From: Trypethelium eluteriae
Lineage: Eukaryota
Direction of reading: 5' to 3'
NCBI GenBank assembly: GCA_051942245.1
Contig: JAVECL010000077.1
Location: 1-61,148, forward strand
DNA length: 61,148 nucleotides
Numbering within the stretch: position 1 is the first letter of the stretch; each line of letters begins with the position of its first letter. The position numbers and the translations under genes are program-made. This document shows positions 26,448 to 37,433 of the stretch, piece after piece. The notes under the pieces were generated by a model, which worked only from the letters and a program-made list of their open reading frames with translations, did no database searches and was not told where the DNA came from.

Positions 26448-27593
26448 TGAGCACGGCGGATCATGAAGGACAATAGATTTCGTTTCCATAGAAGGTTTGT
26501 AGAGCGGAATTCTTTTCTTTGGTTTTATTCCGCTGTCCTTTTGCATAGCAGGTACTGTCTCCAGCAATTCCAATCTTGGGCTTTGGAACAGTCAGCAAAG
26601 CGGACAGTGCCTTTATTGGCTGGGCTATCTTGCTGCTCGAAGTCGGATTCAGCTTTTCTCAAAGCTGGGAGACTGGAAAAAGAAGGGAAGAATCCGATAA
26701 TAGAAGCATGGCTTGCTTTAAATGTACTCTAATAAAACCCAACAAACCGTGAAAAGCCAACAACCGTGCTGCAGATCATATCAACGTTGCTCGCATCTTT
26801 TGTCCTAGATAATTAGCTATCCTGACTGCTTCAAAGGTCTGCTTGGTTGAGGATATCCCATGAACAGCCTTGTTCCTAGGGATCTTGAATTTGGTGGTTA
26901 GGAAGAGGCTTCATTGATGGGGCTTTGTAGCGTTTGATGGGTCAGGGCGACTTGATGATAGTCAATTGCTACACTGGCTGACGTACCGAATTGCGTTAGA
27001 CTTGCGAGAAAGGGATGAGTAGCGTAAGTGGCTACGCCAAAGTACGGTCCGACCATGTAACATTGCACTGCCCACAAAGTCCATGGCGAGGATCATCTAC
27101 AAAATCAGCTAGAAGTATCTTAGTTCCTGTTCACCCGGAGTGCCGGTATGGGCAATGCTTCTCAGCCTCAAGCTCGGCACGTCTGGCGCCATTCAGACCT
27201 TCCTGTGTATGCACGTCTTATCATCCGCTTTGCGTAGGACGCGCGACGAAACAACCGAACCCACGATGAACACGACAATAAGATTAAAAAGCGCTCCGCG
27301 GGTGGCCAATCAAGGCGAAGCTGCGCCACAGCTAACAGCCTCCTATGACATTGTATGCAAGGTAACTTTTGAGATGTTGCAGAACTTTTACCTTGGAGCT
27401 GAACATGAGGCTGGGGTAAATATTTACAGATTCTTCCCTCGCAGCTATTGATACAAGTTCTACCTCCATTTCACTTCCGCTTCGCATCTAAAACTACTAA
27501 AGCCCTACGGGTTCGATTCTTATCTCTACTTCCATCTTTTCGACGAGTCGAGCCTTTCCGCTCCAGGATTCTGACAAGCCTGGTAAAGCAGAG

Positions 27594-29196
27594 ATGCCCT
27601 CGTTAGCGCTGCTTCAACAGCTGCACCCTCGGCTACTGGATAGTAGTACAGCAGGCACCCAGTGTGCAAGACCCCAGCCCAATGATGTTGGAGCTCCACT
27701 TCGTTCGGGAGGCAGTCTCACTCTCCACCAGCTCATGATCGATGTCTCAGCAGTATGCCTGGTCCTGACCGTCATAAGTTCCGTTCTCCTTAGCTGGACA
27801 CATCTACATCGATACACTGCACCTCAAGAGCAACGTCAGATTCTGCGGACTGTGAATCTGCCCGTATTCTACTGCTTTTTCAACTTTCTTGCCCTTTGTT
27901 TTTACAACGACTATCTCTACATCGAGCCTATTGGAGGCATATACGAGGCTTTCACAGTCGCGGCATTGTTTTTTCTAGTCCTTGAATGGGTTTGCCCAGA
28001 TGGGGTTGACCGCGAGCAATATTTTGACAAGCTTGAGTGCCGAGACAGGAAGGGCAACCCAATTCCGGGAGGGAGCTTGCAATGGTTCCAGGTAGGCGTG
28101 ATGTCGCAGTATATCAATAAAAAATTTATGAGTATACTAACGCCAGTGCAGCGTATCTGGAGTACCACCTTGCAATATCCCTTGACCAAAACCATCATCA
28201 CAGTTATCCAGATCATTACTCAATACTACGGCGTCTATTGCGAGAATTCCTTTAGCCCAAAGCACGCACACCTATGGGTAAGTTAATGAAAGCTCTTCTG
28301 GCGCTCGTGCGTTACGCTGATTCTTGGGAGTTGACGTTAATCGATGTCCTTTTCGTTGGGGGGGCCCTGGGCGCCACCATTAGATTCTACCGAAGGCTCG
28401 CAAAGGACATTGATCCTGTACATAAAGGCCGACCTAAGTTCTTTTCATACATTGGGATCATTGCTTTTCAAGTCCTACAGGGTGTAAGGCTCCGGGCAAA
28501 AACAGACTTGGTGCCGTTACTGATATATTCTTGAAGATCATTTTCCACCTCTTGAATGGCAAGCTCTTTAGCCCTTCCGCCACGGCAACATACAACGACA
28601 TCAACTTCGGAGTTCCATCATTTATGACGTGCATTGAAGCCGTTATATTTTCATTGATATTTCACTGGTCCTACAGTGCTAGCGAATACAGAGAGAGCCA
28701 CAGACACGACAGGCTTGGAGGTCCTGCTCGTCGCGTAACCACTTTCAAAGCAATTCTTGACGCTCTGAATCTTGCAGACATTGTGGCTGGCACATTCGTT
28801 GCTATGCAACTTCTTTTTATCCGAGTCAAGAGCCGATATGGAGGTTCGGCTCCTCCGATGAGACAGAAAACTCTCCGATTAGAGGAGGATAACATGCATT
28901 TGGAGCCGCTTGCGAATCAGAGACAACGAGGATACAGCAATACGTCTCGTGACGGATCCGAATACGAAGCTCCTCCATATCCTCCACCTGTCTCGCATGA
29001 GACTACGGGAATGCCGGCAAAGCCACATGCCGCCAGCGATCCCTCACCACCCGGCAGGACACAGACATTCCGAGCCGATCACATCAGGCCTCAAGTCACT
29101 CGACAAGATTCTACGGCCTATGAAAGAGTCGCATTTCCAAGAGAGCCAAGTCCAAATGAGGATTTGCGTGCCCAGAAACCACACGAGATATACTGA
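27594..29196 (+). CDS. Organic solute transporter alpha/TMEM184-family membrane protein, multi-exon
   Basis: HLHRYTAPQEQRQILR, YEAFTVAALFFL, QYP, YGVYCENSFSPKHAHLW, KFFSYIGIIAFQ, FMTCIEAVIFSLIFHWSYS spread over adjacent ORFs separated by intron-like gaps. Confidence 0.85.
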
Positions 29197-29716
29197 TGTC
29201 AGCGAATGTTGTTAGGAGACGATTTTGGCCGCATTTTACTACCCCAAAAAAAGTCAGACTCAATCAAATGAGCAGCGAATCAAGTCGACTATAGCATCGT
29301 CGGAGTCTGTGGCCCGCTATCACTCCGGATCAAGAGGAGTTGCTGCGCGTGACTGGGCGTCAGTGGCTGCACGAGACTGAGTTAGGAGTAATGTACCGTC
29401 AGTTCATTTGTATCATATCGACGAGGAATTATTCAAAATCCGAGCGTCTTCGTGAAATGATGTATGCTCATTTAGGCCGTGTTATTAACAATATTTCCCT
29501 CTCAAAGAATGCAGGGCACCGAAATTTTGAATAACTTCTGTATTCCTCCAGATAGCTAGCTCGCTTGAGAATTGCAATTTAAGACTTGCTAAACTGCCAC
29601 GCCCGTTGGACGACTTAGGAAGGGCTCACTAGTGCAATTCGTCAGGAGGAGAGACAAAAGTACATCAAGAAGCAACATTGCTAATCGCAAGCTAGTATGG
29701 CAGAAAAGCCGATTCA

Positions 29717-29902
29717 TACCTTACGGCGGCTGGGGGGGTCCTCAACTGGCAATCAATACAATATTATTTCAACTTTACTGTTATGATCTTGTTAGCCCAT
29801 ATTAACACCGTCTTAACCATGGACCAACATGATTATAACAGTTAAACGAAGGTAACATTGTATTAATTACCAGTTAAGGAAACTCCCAGCCGCGGTAAGG
29901 TA
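29717..29902. mobile_element. Hairpin (foldback) MITE-like element, copy A
   Basis: TACCTTACGGCGGCTGGG...CCCAGCCGCGGTAAGGTA; ~88-bp imperfect inverted arms around a 7-nt loop; TA at both ends; non-coding. Confidence 0.85.
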
Positions 29903-30114
29903 GGTACAATACCAGGATGACCAGGAAGTCATAGCAGCATTTCAACGGCAATTACGAGCATTATGCTAATAAACTAGCAATCTGGCCAAAAAAAGAAAAG
30001 AAAAGGAAAAGATATGATACTTATCGAATGGCCACGGCCCGTTTCACCTCGCCGGGGAGTTTGGCCACGCCCGGCAGAGTTAATGGGCCCAAAATTGAAC
30101 TGCAAATACGCAAG

Positions 30115-30299
30115 TAGCTTACCACGGCTGGGGGGTTCCTCAACTGGTAATTAATACAATGTTATTTCAACTTTACTGTTATAACCTTGTTGGCCCATGT
30201 TAAGGCGGTGTGAACATGGGCCAATATGGTTATAATAATTAAACTTGGGTAACATTATGTCAATTACCAATTGAGGAACCCCCCAGCTGTGGTAAGGTA
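30115..30299. mobile_element. Hairpin MITE-like element, copy B (loop inverted)
   Basis: TAGCTTACCACGGCTGGG...CCCAGCTGTGGTAAGGTA; aligns along its length with copies A and C. Confidence 0.85.
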
Positions 30300-30524
30300 G
30301 GGAACAGAGAAGCATGGATGAGGAGCGTATGAGCGTATGAGCATGGAGGAGGAGCGTACAGGCATGGATAAACCACGCTGAACGGATGGAAGTGAGGAGA
30401 CAGTCGAAATAGACAAACAGGATATAGGTACTTACAACTTGCTGTGCCGGCATCTATTTGAGGATTAGTAAATGGTTGCTGCCAAGGGATTTAGCCAGTA
30501 GGAGAGGGTATACTTACGATGGCT

Positions 30525-30710
30525 GTCATTGCTGCTGTTGCTGTGGAGGAAGTTGTGGTGGTGGTGGTGGAGGAGGAGAGGAGGAGGTTGTGGTGGTGTT
30601 GCTGATGCTGCTGCTGCTGCTGTTGATGCTGCTGCTGTTGATACTGCTGATGTTGATACTGCTGATGTTGATGCTGCTGATGTTGATGCTGCTGATGCTG
30701 ATGCTGATAG
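30525..30710. repeat. Compound trinucleotide and 15-bp minisatellite ((GGT)n, (GGA)n, (GCT)n, GCTGATGTTGATRCT)
   Basis: Directly visible tandem low-complexity array. Confidence 0.9.
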
Positions 30711-31293
30711 GTCAGTAAACGGCAACTATGGAAAAGGATCTGACAACAGGGGGACCTTTGACAGTGGGAAGAGGCTTGATGATGGGGACGAGGTTTGATG
30801 GGATGAGGTTTGATGATGGGGATGAGATCATGAGACCTCATAACAAGAGAAGAGGTGTACTCACAGGAGCGACGGAGGAATGGAAGTCAGAGAAAAGAAA
30901 AATCGAAACGAGGATAGGAAACATGAGTTTTATTCGTCATATTACCTAATCTCTGCTGGTGGCGATCCGACCGATGACGAGCGAATCGGCCAATTTGGAC
31001 CGAAATTTAACGTTTACAACACCTCGGCACGATGATCCATCCTTTGTATAGCAGATTATTGAGAGAGAAATTGGCATGATGAGTGGGCCGTCGAGACTCA
31101 GTGCTGGGATGGGAGTATCCTTCCGAAATAAAGGATTCGTCAATTGCTGCTCGATCGATTCAAGATTGTGTCTGTGCATATGGTCACCAAATGTATTCGC
31201 GATAGAGTAGTCAATATGATGTAAGTTCTGCAGCATCAATCGTCTCTGTGTCCACTGTCTCTCCTCTTTGAGGAAAGACATGATACTTGTTTT

Positions 31294-31443
31294 CAATGAA
31301 ACATGATCACCAACTTACCTTCTGATGCCTCCAAAATTCCATTACTCATGCAGCAGCCAAGAACGATAGCATCCAATGGAACATGATCACCAACTCACCT
31401 TCTGATACCTCAAAATTCCACTGCTCATGCAGCGGCCAAGAAC
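31294..31443. repeat. Tandem duplication with 80-bp period (31294-31364 and 31374-31443)
   Basis: CAATGRAACATGATCACCAACTYACCTTCTGATRCCTC...GCCAAGAAC occurs twice. Confidence 0.9.
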
Positions 31444-32027
31444 AACGGTACCTATTCAGGGGCTGTAGGGAGGTCGGCGAAAACTCCGATGTGTCTGCGA
31501 CTTTGTTGATTGGATGCCAACGGCAAACAGTCATGTGACTACTCTACCATTTGTTCGGGTACCACCTTACCTGCCTTGCCTAAGGTACCTAACAGATAAT
31601 CAGAAGGTACATCACACGATTTGTCCCTCAAAGAAGCACTCAACAAGAAGAGATCCGATATCGACCTGGTTGATTCATGAAGACTTGGCTGAACAAATTG
31701 TTAAGCGCACAATGAGCGACACCCATATCAAGACACAATAATGCCTGGTGCACGACTAATTCAGAGGGTCAGCAGGATCGTCCGAAGGCCGAGCGTTAAG
31801 GAAAGGAGGGGCCAAGGATCGCACTTCCAGGAGCGTCTGATTGAACCTGGGGGTATATATTATTGAATTCTACTGTGAAGGAGCTCACTCTGATGTAGTC
31901 GATGACTGTTGATAAGAGCCCCAATTCAATATTATCAATGTCAACCACGAAGATGTATCAATTGTCCCAAGAACGCAGGTATCTCTGATAGAACGGGGAT
32001 CTAGATAGTGAGATTGAAATCTGTATC

Positions 32028-32213
32028 TACCTTACGGAGGCTGGGGGGTTCCTCAACTGGTAATTAATACAATGTTATTTCAGCTTTACTGTTATAACCT
32101 TGTTGGTCCATATTAACATCGCCTTAACATGGGCCAACATGGTTATAACAGCTAAACTGAGGTAACATTGTATTAATTACTAGTCGAGGAACCCCCCCAG
32201 CCGCCGTAAGGTA
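32028..32213. mobile_element. Hairpin MITE-like element, copy C
   Basis: TACCTTACGGAGGCTGGG...CCCAGCCGCCGTAAGGTA, flanked C-TA...TA-G. Confidence 0.87.
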
Positions 32214-33091
32214 GGTACCTGATGCAGCATAGCATAGGACAGAAGAAGGTCGGGAACAAATATGGAGGAGAGGACCATACCTGTATAAGTGTCACAGTTG
32301 GGGGATTCGAACTGAGTGTGTATGCTAGTTTGAAAAAAGACTATTGCTTGAGAGGCCATAATCAGACTTGGTGCTCCCCATGGACCCATGGACCAGCTGT
32401 GTATGCATAGTTCTGCCACGGAAGACGATTCGAGTATTTATGCCCTGCCCTACCTGGAGGGGTCTTGAGTGAATGAGGTATCCGACTGCTCGGATATGCA
32501 GTGACGTGACTAGTCCCTATGTCCGACTTTCATCTGCACTAGTGTTTTGCTTTCCCAGCTTCAGTACTGGCTTCACCATAAAATGCACAGATTGACTTCA
32601 TTCTGCGGATTATTGATCTGATTTGCCCCCCTGGCATCACTCATCACATCAATCAGATCCTTTGGCATTCTCCATCTGCCTTGAATCGTTCCTCTTTACT
32701 GCAGAATCTCTGTGCCCCTTCATCTAAACATCAACACCTTCAACTGTATTGAAGGAGTGACCCGAATATTAAAATGCATTCCGAACGGACCTCGAATCCT
32801 CTGACAGAGTTGGAAAGTGCTGGCAATCGACGCCGAGGAATCCAGCAGTCAGCCTTTCGTGTGCCAACATCAGTACCCACTGTCCCTAAATTCCCATCCA
32901 GAGGGACGAAAAGGTTGTTGGCGTCTACACGAGACACTCCAGGAGGCCCAAAAAGGAATAATGTCTCGAGTGGCTATTTCACCAATATGGTGAATTCAGC
33001 TGGAGGATCCGCACGCCCTCAGTAGACTGCCTTCAAAACCCCACGATTTCTATCTAAGGGAAGCAATGAGCCTGATGCAAAGAGAGCAAAG

Positions 33092-33204
33092 TTGTTGACC
33101 CATGTTAACGCCGCCTTAACTTGGGTCAACAGGGTCATGACTGTGAGAATGAAGTAACATTGTATTGATTACCAGTTGAGGAGGCCCCCCTTCGCGGTAA
33201 GGTA
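33092..33204. mobile_element. Hairpin element, half copy D (apex plus right arm)
   Basis: CCCATGTTAACGCCGCCTTAAC...GTAACATTGTATTGATTACCAGTTGAGGAGGCCCCCC...GGTAAGGTA. Confidence 0.8.
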
Positions 33205-33335
33205 GTATAGCAGAAAAGCCGATTCATACATTCTTCCATTCCTCAAACTAGCCAATTCGAAAAACGCCAAAGGCTTCTACCCACTCAAATCCGTCAAGGC
33301 TCGATCAATTATTGACAACAAACCCATCTCTCTGC

Positions 33336-33880
33336 TTACAGGATACCAAGATTTTCATTCAGTAATTCGAGCGTGAGCTGAGGGGCGCAACCGGTGTAGT
33401 CCTCATAGTGTGTAGCGTTATAGAACGTGCACAAGTTGTTGACAATGCTCACAGCCTGGTCAATCTCGGCACTGTTACACGTAGCGTTGACACCACCTGG
33501 GGTCGAAATGCAGGGGAAGATAATCTACCAGTCACATAAGTACCTCGATGTAATGATTATAGTGAGAAGGGTGTCTTACATCGTCAGCAGCCTGCGTATG
33601 AGCACAGTGGCAGACGTGATCGTCAGGAGGACAGCCGTCACTGCGGATAACATCAACAAAACTGTCTACGCAGAACGGGATAAGAGGATCCTCTTTACCG
33701 TCCACCGCCAAGACCTAAGCTCAGACAATTGACAGCGCATGGAGGAGCTATCTTTGTGAGGTATCTTTCAAGCGTAAGGCAGTGATATTCTTGCCACTCC
33801 GTACGATTGAATTGACTCGCTGGCGCAGCGCAGCTCAATGATGGAATGAGTGTCAGGAGGGAGAGGGCTGAGAAATGCAT
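33336..33880 (-). CDS. Small secreted CFEM-domain protein, three exons (first intron boundaries uncertain)
   Basis: Signal peptide MHFSALSLLTLIPSLSCA; eight Cys in CFEM spacing: PPCAVNC..DGCPPDDHVCHC..|IIFPC..ATCNSAEIDQAVSIVNNLC; no obvious GPI tail. Confidence 0.75.
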
Positions 33881-35805
33881 CTTTGTAGTAGAAGCAAGTG
33901 TTTGCGATGTATTATCGTATGGTTCTGGAAAAGAAAGAGACCTCTATACCTGAACGAGAGTGGTATTTCGTGAAGAGCAAACAACGGGATAGTCGAGAAT
34001 TCGAGCCTATTTGTATTCTTCTCAGAGTCTCTAAATTAGCATGGTCGAGAAGGGCATTCCAACGCTGACTGAGATCCTAGAGTGTTAGCCTGGCTGAGCG
34101 ACACGCCGGAAGATCAATAGTTGTGGGGTCCAATTTGTTACACTACTACTTGCAGCGGTTTGACGCATCTGTTCCCCATTCCGTCGGTCACAATTGACAA
34201 GGTAATTGGTTGTCAGAAACTATCTCCAGATTAAGGATAACTCCATTAAGCACCTCAAAGGGCTAATACTAGCCGCACCAAGTTATTCAGAGGGCCTGAA
34301 TAGTAAGACCAACGCGGTTTCGGAGCGACTAGGATCGTAGGCTATGACCTTCCCCGATCCTTTGGTGATTATATAGGCCAAATTGCCTAAAAAGCGACAA
34401 GCAGTAATATGCCACAGTGCTCAATATTCTGTGGAATCCGGAAAGCGGTAGAAGCGATAACCGGTGGTGAATCGCTACATGACCTCAATCACTCCGATCC
34501 ATATCCTGGGAACGTGATCAGAATCTGTGGTAGTCGCAGAAACCGAGGTGAGTCCAGCGTCATCGCAAAAGGTGCGGTTCTGGGAATCTGACGTGTCTCA
34601 GTCTCGCGTGGCTCGCCTTATGCGGGTCTCCAAAACGATGGCCGAGCATCCCTCCACTCGCCTACAGTTGAAATCCCACAGGTTCTGTCGAGGCGGGGAT
34701 CTCGGAAACGCAGGAGCCAGGAACAGTATCCGGATCTGCGAAATCTGGGGTATCTTACTTTAAACTTTTACAGATTTAAACAAGAAAATGTCTTGAAGTA
34801 GTGCTCCTTATGAAGGCGACGCATGAGACCATCACAAGTCTCACACCCAATGCTGCAGATACGATCATAGCCTCGCGCAAAATCATCCAGTCTAAGGGGA
34901 TTTCGAAGGTAGGTGGTAGTCATGAGGACCAAATCAACTTTAATGTGATGAGTACTCTAGAAGGACTTCACACTTGAGCGAAACGCGGAACACCCACTTA
35001 GCTTCGCTCCTTAGCGGAGGTCTCGATCTATCGGAATTATCCGTCCATTATTTTCAGTCTCTCATCATCACCCGTGCTTACGGTCGAACGCACATCGTTG
35101 TTGTTTGCGAGAGAGGCGCGGTAGCGATAGGGGCGAGATTAAGAAAGTCTGATCGTGTCTGCTTTTGAGAAAATCCTTGCCAACAAATTCGGATCCCCTC
35201 ATTCCATCCGTGCGCTACGATTGACAACAGACAGCGAACGACCGCGACGGCCATTGTTAGGGACAAAACAGCAAGAGCCCTTTAGCTCGTAGGCTTCTAC
35301 AGTCGCCCTCTGGCAATTCATTCGGTCTTCCGTCGCCGCTGAACGATTTCTGCCTCTCCTAACCGACGTAACCGTGCAAGTCTCCACAGCCCTGTCAAGT
35401 TAACATCAAATCTTTGATAATTGCACCTCTGGACCTCCTCTACAGTGAGAATCTCAGAGCCAGGTCGCACTAGTGAGCCCGTCCTAAGTCATCCAACGGG
35501 CGTGGCAATTCAGCAACTCTTAATTGCAATCCTCATGCGAGCTACCTATCTGGAGGAATACAGAAGTACACTATCAAAAATTTTGCTGCCCTGCATTCTT
35601 TGAAAGGGAAATAATGTTAATAACACAGCCAAAATGTGTACAATATTTCGAGCCTTGATACATGTCACGTCGGCTTATTGAAATGAAAGAGCAATGGCGC
35701 TTCTGCTACAAATAGCACTTATCTAATAAATATCATTATCACTTGGCTTAGCATCATGCGCCAATAACACTGAATGCAGAGTGACCTAACATGCAGTTTT
35801 CTAGA

Positions 35806-37433
35806 TCAGAGCCCGAAAGCAAAAATCCCCGCAAATCCCATGATAAGGATCCAAAAAGCGACCAGCATCGATCCGCCCAAGGTCGGCGTGGTCAGACCCG
35901 CAGCAGCATTGCCGGTCTGCTTAGCGGTTCCACCGGAGGTAGAGCTGGACCCAGAACCTGAAGCAGACGCGGTAGCTGTCACCGGATTACTTGCTTGAGA
36001 AGTCAGAGTTCGGGCATCGCTTGCAGGTTCGCTTACCACAACGTCAGGCAGGGTGGAGTTCGATGATATGGTAACGGGGGTTGAGCGCGTAGAATTGAAG
36101 ACGGGCTTTCCGAATGAGAGTTGGTTCTTGTTCTGATCGAATACCACAAACATGGCCCTCAGAAAGGGGTCCCCCATAAGATAGAATTGTGAGCCTGGGG
36201 TTGGTGGTTGGAGACCGAACGCACAGAGCTCGGCTGGCTTTCCCTCAGGACCTGGCATGCTGTACGGTTGCCTGGTGCCTGGAATGAAAATGGGGACTAC
36301 GAGGTCGGATAGGGTAACGTTGTAGGTAATAGAGATGGAAGTGTTCTTAGGGTCGCCAAGAGTCCATGAGATAATCGAGTTCTGAAGGGTCTGGTTTTGC
36401 TTCTCGGAGCAAAAGAGACCGTAGTGCTGGTCAAATCCAGGAGGTTGCATGGCTCCAACGTATTGGTTTATGGCAGTAAAAACTTGCGGAGGAACTATCA
36501 TTGCAGGAGCACCGGTGTCCGCAACCACAGGAAGGTAAGGTAGACTGCCTGACGAATTGGCGTTTTGTGCGGACGACAATGGAGGCGAGATCACCTGTCC
36601 GCCAATTGTAGCCGAAATATTCGTCATGGAGACGAGGTATTTATCGAATCTATTGTCCAGAGGATTCGTCAGGATATCCAACGTGACTAAGCCAGCATTC
36701 GTGTCAAATTTGGACTCGTCGATACCACCAAAAAGGATAGATCCACTGTCTGCGGCCATATCATCCAGCCATACACTGAATATCTCAGACTTGATTATGC
36801 CTGCTTTAACCATGCCATTGAGGATTGTCGAGGAGCCAGCGTTAGCGTCTCTGTCATATCCGATACCAATTAAACCGGTATGGGTAGTGCCATTGGCAGC
36901 TAGACCGACGGCCACGGTAGCATTCTGAAGTGTGACACCACCGAACGACACATCATCCGTAGCAATATCTCCCGTGGTCGCTTCGCCATTTTGGAACATG
37001 GTATTGAACTGGCCCGGAGCAGTGACTTTGTACGAGCTCGATTTGGACGGATCAACTGTAGAAATGGTCAGATGCCCAGTCGTCGAAGAAAGTCCACACA
37101 GATGGCCTTACAGGTGCCACCGCCGCATGGATTCTGTTTACCGCGATTTCCGCATGACTGAGGGGATTGGACAACTAGGTCGGAACTGCCTGTATCTATG
37201 AGGAGCTCGACTGGCTGAGGCGGATTGCCGACGGAGATCGTGGCATAGTAGCCTCCTCCCAACTCGTACGTAAGGTCCTTCTTCCCGGTGACCCCCACGG
37301 TACGTCGGCCAAGTGTAGGGGAGCCAGCGCGCTTGGTGAAGTCTACCTTGACTGCGGCCTCTACAATATCATTGACAAGAAGGAAAAGAGGGAAGAGGAA
37401 TCCTAGGGATGAGAGAGATCGGAACGAGTGCAT
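35806..37433 (-). CDS. Secreted, probably GPI-anchored aspartic protease (yapsin-like, peptidase A1); one intron about 37110-37058
   Basis: Signal peptide, YYATISVGNPPQ, catalytic DTGSSD and DTGA, GLIGIGY, ILFGGID, LMGDPFLRAMFVVFD, Ser/Thr stalk and hydrophobic C-terminal tail. Confidence 0.92.

Larger units (their letters stand above)
30301..31540 (-). pseudogene. Degenerate multi-exon gene-like region with a poly-Q/H and poly-T/A exon, cut by copy B
   Basis: Minus-strand GTAAGT/GTGAGT donors and CTAAT/CTGAC..AG acceptors join HQHQQ...TAAMTAI|MPAQQV|RGLSMPVRSS in phase 0; upstream 116-codon ORF 31296-30946; no family recognised. Confidence 0.4.

Noticed and set aside
30529..30830. Plus-strand VDAAD/DDGDE repeat ORF as a possible dikaritin precursor for the UstYa enzyme
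   Set aside because: No signal peptide, no regular KR-delimited cores, 20 kb from the enzyme; explained by the microsatellite, and splice signals favour the minus strand
32298..32320. GTTCGAATC T-loop-like motif on the minus strand (a similar motif lies near 27510 on the plus strand)
   Set aside because: No T-stem pairing or cloverleaf; no tRNA call supported
29717..33204. Clustered palindromic repeats as a CRISPR-like array
   Set aside because: Eukaryotic context, 186-bp units, irregular spacing and no cas genes
34858..34890. ATACGATCATAG resembling the 5' end of fungal 5S rRNA
   Set aside because: Similarity does not extend; no internal control boxes or terminal stem
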